The translations under genes were made by a program, and so were the position numbers. A DNA stretch of 64,000 bases from Acidobacteriota bacterium (lineage in GTDB: Bacteria; Acidobacteriota; Thermoanaerobaculia; Multivoradales; UBA5704). Shown here one piece after another: positions 56,475 through 64,000 of this stretch; within the stretch, counting starts at the first letter, position 1; every line of letters starts with the position of its first letter. Below the pieces are notes generated by a model. It saw only the letters and a program-made list of their open reading frames with translations. It did not search any database and had not been told where the DNA came from. The stretch is from assembly GCA_040005235.1 (NCBI GenBank), contig JBDTZG010000029.1, positions 1 to 64,000 on the forward strand, read 5' to 3'.

Positions 56475-58748
56475 ATGACGGCGTTTTTCGCGCATAGCGC
56501 TCCCTCGCGGTCGGATTGGGAACCGCTCTCCCGGCACCTTAGCGAGGTTGCGTGCCGGGCGGAGGCTTTCGCCGCTCCGTTCGGGGCGGGTGACGAGGCG
56601 CGCTTGGCCGGACTGCTGCACGACCTGGGCAAGTACAGCGATCGGTTCACCCGGCGGCTCGAGGGGACGGAGAGCGGGCTCGATCACTGGTCGATCGGCG
56701 CGCTCGCCTCGGCGGTGGCGGGCAAGGCCAATGCGCGGGCCGCGGCGCTCGCAATCCATGGTCATCACGTGGGACTTCAAAGCCCGGAGATCTTCCAGAC
56801 CCTTCAGGTGAAACCGGCCCCGGCGAACTGGACCGAGGCCGACCCGCGTAAGGCGCTCGACCTGCTCGCCGCCGATGGCCTCGCCCTGCCCGAGCTGGCC
56901 GGCTCGATCTACGATCGGAAGAGTCCCCCGGGCGGCGCGATGGTGGACGTCCGGATGCTGTTTTCCGCGCTCGTCGATGCTGATTTCCTCGCGACGGAGG
57001 AGCATTTCCAGCGTTTTGAGCCGTTCTCGTTCGCCCGTCCGCAGGGGCAGGTGCTCGATGCCGTTCGCGCGCTGTCTCTCGTCAAGGCCGAGATCGAAAA
57101 GAAGTCTGCCGCAAGCGACGCGGCGCCGACCGTTCGCGCGCTGCGCAACGATCTGCTCGACGCTTGCCTCGGCGAGGCGGTGGGGAAGCAGGGCGTGTTC
57201 ACGCTCACCGCCCCCACCGGCTCGGGCAAGACGCTCGCAATGCTCGCCTTTGCCCTGCGCCATGCGCAGGCGCACAACCTGCGCCGAATCGTCTTTGCCG
57301 TGCCGTATGTCTCGATCATCGAGCAAACCGCGAAGATCTATCGCGATCTCTTTGCCCCGACCTTCGGCGAGGACTTCGTCTTGGAGCATCACAGCCTGGC
57401 CGGGCTCGCTCCCGATCCGATGACGAACGAGGAGCCGAGCGAGGAAGAGCAACGTCGCCGCCTGCTCGCCCAGAATTGGGACGCGCCGATCGTGCTCACC
57501 ACCAACGTCCAGCTGCTCGAATCGCTGTTCGCCAACCGCCCGTCCGCCTGCCGCAAACTCCACGCCCTGGCCGATTCGGTGATCCTGTTCGACGAGGCGC
57601 AGACGATCCGTCCAGATCTCGCGGTGCCCACGCTCGCCGCGCTCTCTCGCCTCACCGAGCGCTATGGCGCCACGGTGGTTTTCGCCACGGCGACCCAGCC
57701 GGCGTTCGATCACCTGGACACCCAGGTGCGGCCGTTCGCCGCCCAGGGTTGGGCGCCGCGCGAAATCGTGGCCCCCGGTTTAGGGCTGTTCGCCCGGGTT
57801 CAGCGAACCCGACCGGTCTGGGATCTCGACCGGCCGAAGAGCTGGCCGGAGATCGCGGCCGAGATCGCCGCCCAAAACCAGGGGCTCGCGATCGTGAACT
57901 TGAAGCGCCACGCCCGCGACCTCGCGGCGGCGGTCAAAGTGCTCGCGCCCGAGGGGCTCTTCCACCTCTCGACGAATCTCTGCCCGGCGCACCGCGAAAG
58001 GGTGCTTGCCGACGTCCGCAAACGTCTCGTGGATGGCTTGCCCTGCCGGCTGATCGCGACCCAATGCGTCGAGGCGGGGGTGGACGTCGATTTTCCCACC
58101 GTCTGGCGCGCCTTCGGACCGCTCGAATCGATCGCCCAGGCGGCCGGGCGCTGCAATCGCAACGGCCGGCGGGAGGAGCCGGGGGAGGTTCGGATCTTCC
58201 TCCCTGAGGACGAGGGCTTCCCGCCCGGCGCCTACGCCCAAGCCGCCCGTGCCACCCGGACGCTGATCGAGAATCTCGGCACGGACGCGATCGACCTCGA
58301 CGATCCGGCGCTCTACCGTCGTTACTACCGCGATTTTTTCGACGGCAGCCGGATCGCGGAGGGCAACGCCGAACTGTTCGACGCGATCCGAGCGCACGAT
58401 TTCGCCGAGGTGGCCCGGCTCTATCGGCTGATCGAAAAAGATGCGATTGAAGTGCTGGTGCCGTACGACCTGGAGGCGTTCGCCGCCCTCCGTGACGAAG
58501 TGACCGCCGCCGGCCGGCCGTTCCCGCAGTGGATGAAGAAGGCCCGCCGGCACGTCGTGAGCCTCTACCGGCCGAAGCGAAACGACGAGGTCTGGTCGGT
58601 CCTGGCACCTCTCTCGGCCGCCCCGAGAAAGAAAGGGGAGCGGGACGAGCGGCTCGAACGGGACGAGTGGTTCGTGCTCACCGGAGCTGGGAAGTACGAC
58701 CCTCAACTCCTAGGATTTGTCGGCTGGTCCGGCTCCTGGATCACGTAG
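56475..58748 (+). CDS. cas3: CRISPR-associated HD nuclease/helicase Cas3 (type I-C)
   Basis: FAHS, LHDLGK, HH, SALVDAD; APTGSGKT, DEAQ, TAT, QAAGRCNR. Confidence 0.95.
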   Translation: MTAFFAHSAPSRSDWEPLSRHLSEVACRAEAFAAPFGAGDEARLAGLLHDLGKYSDRFTRRLEGTESGLDHWSIGALASAVAGKANARAAALAIHGHHVGLQSPEIFQTLQVKPAPANWTEADPRKALDLLAADGLALPELAGSIYDRKSPPGGAMVDVRMLFSALVDADFLATEEHFQRFEPFSFARPQGQVLDAVRALSLVKAEIEKKSAASDAAPTVRALRNDLLDACLGEAVGKQGVFTLTAPTGSGKTLAMLAFALRHAQAHNLRRIVFAVPYVSIIEQTAKIYRDLFAPTFGEDFVLEHHSLAGLAPDPMTNEEPSEEEQRRRLLAQNWDAPIVLTTNVQLLESLFANRPSACRKLHALADSVILFDEAQTIRPDLAVPTLAALSRLTERYGATVVFATATQPAFDHLDTQVRPFAAQGWAPREIVAPGLGLFARVQRTRPVWDLDRPKSWPEIAAEIAAQNQGLAIVNLKRHARDLAAAVKVLAPEGLFHLSTNLCPAHRERVLADVRKRLVDGLPCRLIATQCVEAGVDVDFPTVWRAFGPLESIAQAAGRCNRNGRREEPGEVRIFLPEDEGFPPGAYAQAARATRTLIENLGTDAIDLDDPALYRRYYRDFFDGSRIAEGNAELFDAIRAHDFAEVARLYRLIEKDAIEVLVPYDLEAFAALRDEVTAAGRPFPQWMKKARRHVVSLYRPKRNDEVWSVLAPLSAAPRKKGERDERLERDEWFVLTGAGKYDPQLLGFVGWSGSWIT

Positions 58749-58799
58749 GTCCTTGCTCACACGAAACCGCTCGGCGCCTTCAATTAACTTTATCGCTGG

Positions 58800-58868
58800 G
58801 CGAAGGGTCCCTTCCCCCGGGGAGGGGGTGGGTTGGGTCCGGGGGAAGGACAGGATGGGGGTTGCTCC
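58800..58868. repeat. Left arm of the inverted repeat flanking the DUF559 gene
   Basis: gcgaagggtcccttcccccgggg...ccgggggaaggacaggatggggg; internal hairpin. Confidence 0.8.
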
Positions 58869-58897
58869 CTTGGCCGCCGCCGAACCGATTTCGAGAC

Positions 58898-59236
58898 CTA
58901 CGCCAATCTGTTGCCCTCAAGTTTCGCGACGATCGCCGCGACTACGCCTTCCACGTTTCCCAATACTTCATGATTCCAGAACCGCAGAACGCGGTAACCC
59001 CGTTCGCGCAGCCAGGCATCCCGCGCTTCGTCTTTGCGCGACTCCATGTGTTGGCCGCCGTCGATCTCGATGACCAGCCGGCGGCGCAGGCAGGCGAAAT
59101 CGACGATGAAGTTTCCGATGGGAACCTGCCGTCGAAACTGTACGCCGAGAGCGAGGAGCCGGAGGTGCCGCCACAGGTGGCGCTCGGCGTCGGTCATGGA
59201 ATGCCGCAGGCGGCGGGCGACGGGCGTGAGGGCCAT
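58898..59236 (-). CDS. DUF559 (Vsr-like PD-(D/E)xK) endonuclease
   Basis: ARRLRHSMTDAERHLW, FRRQVPIGNFIVDF, IEIDGGQH, DEARD..GYRVLRFWN. Confidence 0.92.
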   Translation of the reverse strand: MALTPVARRLRHSMTDAERHLWRHLRLLALGVQFRRQVPIGNFIVDFACLRRRLVIEIDGGQHMESRKDEARDAWLRERGYRVLRFWNHEVLGNVEGVVAAIVAKLEGNRLA

Positions 59237-59268
59237 CGGGCTTAGTTTAGCGGGAGAGTTTGCGTGGA

Positions 59269-59339
59269 GGAGGCGACCCCCATCCTATCCTTCCCCCGGC
59301 TCCTACCCGACCCCCGCCCCGGGGGAAGGGACCCTTCGC
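59269..59339. repeat. Right arm of the inverted repeat flanking the DUF559 gene
   Basis: Reverse complement matches the left arm; outer 23 nt identical. Confidence 0.8.
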
Positions 59340-59387
59340 TCGGCTGCGTTGGAGCGTCGCGACGTTGGAGTGGTCCCTGAAAGCCAA

Positions 59388-59471
59388 GCTGGCGCCTTGC
59401 GGCGCCAGCCCCCTGACGAACGCTGATTCTAGGGCGAAAGATGTTTCAATCCACGCCACCAAGATGGCGAG
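59388..59471 (-). CRISPR. Mini-array/CRISPR-like RNA: one degenerate I-C repeat, 33-nt spacer, terminal hairpin
   Basis: Minus strand CTCGCCATCTTGGTGGCGTGGATTGAAAC (59471-59443), spacer ATCTTTCGCCCTAGAATCAGCGTTCGTCAGGGG (59442-59410), GCTGGCGCC-GCAA-GGCGCCAGC (59409-59388). Confidence 0.75.
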
Positions 59472-59473
59472 GG

Positions 59474-59518
59474 TTTATCTTACGCCCCTTGACAGGCAGC
59501 CAGCAATGGCCACAGACT
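59474..59518. promoter_or_regulatory. Overlapping divergent promoter-like elements containing the mini-array target
   Basis: Plus strand TTGACA (59489-59494) with CAGACT 18 nt later; minus strand TTGCTG (59506-59501) with TAAGAT (59482-59477) 18 nt later; TTT+ATCTTACGCCC at 59474-59487. Confidence 0.55.
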
Positions 59519-59812
59519 TCTGCAAGTTCGTTGAAGGTGTGAAGCCGGCCCGCGGAGAGTTCCAGCTCCCCACGGGCCAAAAGACCAACCAGAACCTGGC
59601 GGCTCCAGCTGAATCCCCAAAGTCAGTGTAGCCGCTGTGGTTCTTCTCTACAAGGAGAGCCTTACGGCCAAGCCATATTTCACCGTTCGGTTTCTACGCG
59701 AGCTGCTTCGGCCGCTTTGGCCGCGCAGCCGGTAGCCCCGGGGCTCCGGCACTTGATCCGCCGGAGCCCCCGTTCTCGCGTCTTCATTCGACATCTCGCA
59801 GGAGGAGGCCCC

Positions 59813-60553
59813 ATGGCCGCAAACCCACAAGTCCTCGAAGTCTGGGGCGATCTCGCCTGCTTCACCCGGCCGGAGTTGAAGGTCGAGCGCTTCAGCTATC
59901 CGTGCATCACCCCGTCCGCGGCGCGAGGGGTGTTCGACGCGATCTATGCCAAACCGGTCGAGTTCCGCTGGCAGGTCCGCCGGATCGAGCTGCTGGAAAA
60001 GCCGGCGTTCCTGGCGCTGCGGCGGAACGAGGTCAAGGAGAAGATCAACCTGACCGCGGTGGCTGCCTGGATGGAAGGCAAGCGCGAGCCGGAGCCGATC
60101 TGGGCGGATGGCGACCGCGAGCTGGTGGGCACCGACGAAAAGGGGCGCACCCAGCGGCAGACCATGGCTCTCCGCAACGTGCGCTACCGGCTGACCGCCG
60201 AGATTCGCCCCTGGCCCGGCAACGAGGGGAAGCAAACGGCCCTCGAGGCGCAGTTCCGGCGCCGGGCGGAAAAGGGGAAGTGCTTTGCCCAGCCCTATCT
60301 CGGATGCAGGGAGATGCCGGCATTCTTCGAGCTGGTGGAAGCGGAGGCGAGCGCCGCCACCAAGCCACCGGTCGCTTTTGATCTCGACATCGGCCTGATG
60401 CTCTACGACGTGTTCGACCTGTCGCGCCCAGGCGCCTCGGGCGACCGCCCCGCGGTGAGCCTGTTCCGGGCCGCGATCCTTGGCGGGGTGCTTGAAGTGC
60501 CCGAATGGGAGAGCGCTCAGGTGCTCCGTTCCGGGGGGCCGGCTGATGCTTGA
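59813..60553 (+). CDS. cas5: Type I-C Cas5 (Cas5c/Cas5d)
   Basis: VWGDLACFTRPELKVERFSY, TPSAARG, QPYLGCRE, LGLMLYD-like; AGGAGG SD. Confidence 0.95.
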   Translation: MAANPQVLEVWGDLACFTRPELKVERFSYPCITPSAARGVFDAIYAKPVEFRWQVRRIELLEKPAFLALRRNEVKEKINLTAVAAWMEGKREPEPIWADGDRELVGTDEKGRTQRQTMALRNVRYRLTAEIRPWPGNEGKQTALEAQFRRRAEKGKCFAQPYLGCREMPAFFELVEAEASAATKPPVAFDLDIGLMLYDVFDLSRPGASGDRPAVSLFRAAILGGVLEVPEWESAQVLRSGGPADA

Positions 60554-62378
60554 AGCTCTGGTCCGTTACGCCACGACGCGCAACCTCGTCGCAGAACCGG
60601 GCTTCAAGCCGAAGGAGGCGCGCTGGTCGATCCAGATCGGTTCCTCCGGCCGGTATCTCGGTCTCCAAGAGTTGGGGGAAGCCGGGCCAAAGAACAAGGG
60701 GGCGACGTTTGCGCAGTGCGCCGACTTGACGCTTGGCGAGATGAAGCGCGGCGGGGGCGGCACCCGCCATTTTCTGCTCGACCAGGTAGACGTGATCGCC
60801 CATCTGGCGGACGAGCCGGACGCGAAGCTCGATGCCAAGCATGCCTTCTTCATCAGTCTCTTGCGCCAGGCGGCCGAGGTGATGCCGGAGCTTGGCGCCT
60901 GCGCCGCCGCGCTTGAAGATCCGGAGCACCTCGCCCGTTTGCAAGACGACCTCCGCACGAGCAAGGCAAAGCCCACCGACAAGGCGACGTTCGCGGTCGC
61001 ACTTCCCGAAGGGGGGTTCGATTTTCCGGTTTCCTCCGACGCTTGGCACAACTGGTGGCGGGGCTTTCGCCGCACCCTCGGCCGCGACGGCGAGGGGGAA
61101 GCCTCGGGAAAAGACGGCGAAACCGCGCCCACCGTGCGCTGCCTCGCGAGCGGCGAGCGGGTGGCTCCCGTCGCGACCCAATTCATGATCCGCGGCCTGG
61201 CCGACGTGGGCGGTCTACCGACCGGCGATGCGCTCGCCTCGTTCAAGCAGGAGTCATTCTGCTCCTACGGTTTCGTCCAAGGAGAAAACGCCCCGGTCTC
61301 CGAAGAGATGGCCTCGGCGTTCCGCGCCGCGCTTGAACAGCTGCTGGTGAAAAGCGTGCGCCTGGGCGACTTGAAGATCGCCTATTGGTTTCGCGACGCG
61401 GTGGCGCCGGAGGAGGATCTCTTCGGAGTCTATGCGGAGGGCGAGGATCTTGCGCCGGGCGGCGAGCGGCTGGCGAGCAAGTTCCTGCGCGCGTTCGAGA
61501 CCGGCGAACGCGCCGGGCTGGCGAAGAACCGCTTCTACGCCCTTACCCTGTCGGGCGCGTCGGGACGGATCATGGTCCACGACTGGATCGAGGGTTCGTT
61601 CGAGGATCTCGCCCGGGCGCAGGACTGCTGGTTTTCGGCGCTTTCGATCGTCCGCCGCGATGGCCTGGGGCTTGCGCGAGATCCCAAGTTCCTGGCGGTC
61701 GGGGGCGCGCTTGTTCGGGTGCTCGGCGACCTGCCTCGACCGCTGCTCGTGGCGCTCTGGCGCAGCGCGTTGCGGCCCGGCCTGCCGATGCCGCAGCAGG
61801 CGCTCGCCATGGCCCTCGCCCGGTTTCGCATCGACGTGCTGGACCCCGACCATCCCTTCAACCACGCCCGGGCGGGCGTGCTCAAAGCCTGCCTGCTGCG
61901 CGCTCCCGCGGCGACGCGAATCGAAGAGGAAGACCTCATGCCCTATTTGAATGCAAAGCACCCGGCCCCCGCCTATCACTGCGGCCGGCTGGTCGCCCTG
62001 CTCGCCGAGCTGCAACGCCGGGCGCTCGGCGACGTTGGCGCCGGCGTAGTCCAACGCTTTTACGCCGCGGCCTGCACGACGCCGGCTCTCGTTCTCGGCC
62101 GGTTGCTGCGCACCTCCCAGTTCCACCTAGACAAGCTCGACGTGGGCCTGCGTCGGCTGCTCGAAGGGGAGATCGCCGAGGTGGTGGCGGAGATCTCTGA
62201 TTTTCCCCAGACCCTCGACCTGCCGGGGCAGGCGCTCTTCGCCCTCGGCTACTACCAGCAGATCGCCCACGATCGGGCCGCAGCAGCGCTCCGTCGCGCC
62301 GATCGCGCGGCTGCGGCGGACGGTCCGACCGCTCCTTCTTCCGACCGCGACGACACCGAAACGGAGATCGCCTCGTGA
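60546..62378 (+). CDS. cas8c: Type I-C large subunit Cas8c/Csd1
   Basis: MLEALVRYA start, [39 protein letters not shown]; lies between cas5 and cas7. Confidence 0.92.
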   Translation: MLEALVRYATTRNLVAEPGFKPKEARWSIQIGSSGRYLGLQELGEAGPKNKGATFAQCADLTLGEMKRGGGGTRHFLLDQVDVIAHLADEPDAKLDAKHAFFISLLRQAAEVMPELGACAAALEDPEHLARLQDDLRTSKAKPTDKATFAVALPEGGFDFPVSSDAWHNWWRGFRRTLGRDGEGEASGKDGETAPTVRCLASGERVAPVATQFMIRGLADVGGLPTGDALASFKQESFCSYGFVQGENAPVSEEMASAFRAALEQLLVKSVRLGDLKIAYWFRDAVAPEEDLFGVYAEGEDLAPGGERLASKFLRAFETGERAGLAKNRFYALTLSGASGRIMVHDWIEGSFEDLARAQDCWFSALSIVRRDGLGLARDPKFLAVGGALVRVLGDLPRPLLVALWRSALRPGLPMPQQALAMALARFRIDVLDPDHPFNHARAGVLKACLLRAPAATRIEEEDLMPYLNAKHPAPAYHCGRLVALLAELQRRALGDVGAGVVQRFYAAACTTPALVLGRLLRTSQFHLDKLDVGLRRLLEGEIAEVVAEISDFPQTLDLPGQALFALGYYQQIAHDRAAAALRRADRAAAADGPTAPSSDRDDTETEIAS

Positions 62379-63334
62379 ACGAAACCACCGCCATTGCGAA
62401 CCGCTATGAGTTTCTCTTCCTGTTCGACTGCGAGAACGGCAACCCCAACGGCGACCCCGACTCGGGCAACGCGCCGCGGGTCGATCCGCAGGATCTTCAC
62501 GGGCTGGTCTCGGACGTCGCGGTCAAGCGCCGGATCCGCAACTACGTCCAGCTGGCCCGCGGCAATGAGATGCCGAACGCGATCTTCGTCGAGCACGCGA
62601 CCAACCTGAACCGGCCGATCGCCCGCGCCCACGAGGAGACCGGGGGCAGCGTACCGGACAAAGGCAAGGCGACCAAGTCTAAAGTCGAGGCGGCGAAGCG
62701 TTGGATCTGCGACAACTTCTATGACGTGCGTGCTTTCGGCGCGGTGATGTCGACGGGGGCCAACGCGGGTCAGGTGCGCGGACCGGTGCAGATCGCGTTT
62801 TCCCGCTCGGTCGATCCGGTCTTGGCTCTCGACGTCTCGATCACCCGGATGGCGGTCGCCGAGGACGTCAAAGGCAAGCGGACCAGCGCCGAGCTGGCGG
62901 AGTGGGAGGCCGAGCAGTCGGAAGACAAGCTGCGCACGATGGGTCGAAAGTCGCTGATTCCCTACGGTCTATTTCTGGGCAAGGGCTTTATCTCGGCGCA
63001 TCTCGCCGCCGGCAACGGCACGGGATTTTCCACCGCCGACCTCGACCTGCTCTGGGAAGCGCTGCTCGGCATGTACGACCACGACCGCTCGGCGAGCAAG
63101 GGTCTGATGGCGATGCGCAAGCTGTTCGTCTTCCGCCACGTCGGGACCGACACGGACGCCGAGCAGAGAAAACGCCAGGCAATGCTCGGCTGCGCCGGGG
63201 CGCACACCCTGTTCGACCTGATCGAAGTGAAGCGGAAGGTTGGGATCGACGCCGCGCGAAAGTTCGCAGACTACGACGTGATCGTCCACCGCGATCGGCT
63301 GCCGGCGGGGGTGGAGCTGCTCGAATTGCGCTGA
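62375..63334 (+). CDS. cas7: Type I-C Cas7/Csd2
   Basis: [53 protein letters not shown]. Confidence 0.96.
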   Translation: MNETTAIANRYEFLFLFDCENGNPNGDPDSGNAPRVDPQDLHGLVSDVAVKRRIRNYVQLARGNEMPNAIFVEHATNLNRPIARAHEETGGSVPDKGKATKSKVEAAKRWICDNFYDVRAFGAVMSTGANAGQVRGPVQIAFSRSVDPVLALDVSITRMAVAEDVKGKRTSAELAEWEAEQSEDKLRTMGRKSLIPYGLFLGKGFISAHLAAGNGTGFSTADLDLLWEALLGMYDHDRSASKGLMAMRKLFVFRHVGTDTDAEQRKRQAMLGCAGAHTLFDLIEVKRKVGIDAARKFADYDVIVHRDRLPAGVELLELR

Positions 63335-63346
63335 GGACCCCTCCCC

Positions 63347-64000
63347 ATGTTCCCCGAAGACGACCTCCTGCCGATTTCGGCCCTTCAGCACTACGTGTTC
63401 TGCCCGCGGCAGTGCGCGTTGATCCACGTCGAGGGGATTTGGGCCGAGAACCCGCTCACGGTCTCCGGAACGCAGCTTCACGAGCGGTTGGACGACAGCG
63501 GGGTCGAGGCGCGGGGCGATCTTTTGACCGCCCGCGCCTTGCCTTTGCGTAGCCTCGAATTTGGCCTGGCCGGCCGGGCGGATGCGGTGGAGCTGCACCG
63601 GTTTCCGGCGGGAGCGGAGGGACCGGCGAGAACGGCAGGCGGGGTCGAGCTGCCCGGCCGCTCGGGCCGCTGGCGTCCGTTTCCGGTCGAGACGAAGCGG
63701 GGCAAGCCGAAATCTCATGACGCCGACCGGGTCCAGCTCTGCGCCCAGGCGCTTTGTCTCGAAGAGATGCTGGGCGTTCCGGTCCCCGCGGGGGCGCTGT
63801 TTTACGGCACGCCCCGGCGGCGCGAGGAGGTGGCGTTCGATCCGCCGCTGCGCGCCGCGACCCTCGCCGCCGCCCAGGGGGTGCGCGACCAGATCGCCTC
63901 CGGCATCACGCCGCGGGCGGTGCGCGAGCCGAAATGCGACCGCTGCTCGCTGATCGACCGCTGCCTGCCCGATCTCGCCGGCCGCTCGGCGCGCGCCTAT
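63347..64000 (+). CDS. cas4: Cas4 (runs off the window end)
   Basis: MFPEDDLLPISALQHYVFCPRQCALIH, GRADAVE, PVETKRG, QLCAQALCLEEM, KCDRCSLIDRC. Confidence 0.93.
   Translation, partial: MFPEDDLLPISALQHYVFCPRQCALIHVEGIWAENPLTVSGTQLHERLDDSGVEARGDLLTARALPLRSLEFGLAGRADAVELHRFPAGAEGPARTAGGVELPGRSGRWRPFPVETKRGKPKSHDADRVQLCAQALCLEEMLGVPVPAGALFYGTPRRREEVAFDPPLRAATLAAAQGVRDQIASGITPRAVREPKCDRCSLIDRCLPDLAGRSARAY

Noticed and set aside
59507-59631. Small ORF MATDFCKF... in the cas5 leader
   Set aside because: No SD, and the ATG falls within the predicted promoter; cannot be fully excluded as a peptide toxin
63334-64000. Full CRISPR array, cas1 and cas2
   Set aside because: Not present in the window; cas4 runs off the end, so they may lie beyond it

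Overview
GC-rich bacterial chromosome segment. The gene content (Oar-like TonB receptor, sulfatase-TPR pairs, CHAT/TPR and kinase/ECF modules) suggests Acidobacteriota, possibly Thermoanaerobaculia; this is inference. The window opens at the end of the alpha operon (rpoA 3' end, rplQ). It continues through secreted peptidases and hydrolases, a sigma-like/anti-sigma-like/CHAT/C25-like protease/ECF sigma/Ser-Thr kinase cluster (7.7-18.9 kb), a GMC oxidase-hydrolase operon, a TonB receptor, pirin, an orphan HMG-CoA reductase and a cold-shock gene. Next come an S8+gluzincin double protease paired with an MBL-fold hydrolase, vapBC, an NCS1 permease with a molybdo-hydroxylase large subunit, and two toxin-antitoxin relics. 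It ends in a type I-C cas operon (cas3, cas5, cas8c, cas7, cas4 partial); no full CRISPR array lies in the window. The strongest non-obvious signal is in the cas3-cas5 gap: a single degenerate I-C repeat on the minus strand, followed by a 33-nt spacer and a hairpin. The spacer seed matches a TTT-flanked site about 35 nt away that overlaps two divergent promoter-like elements, which suggests a CRISPR-like regulatory RNA. Beside it lie a highly structured cas5 leader and a DUF559 nuclease gene bracketed by ~70-bp inverted repeats. All calls come from reading motifs by eye; no database searches were run.
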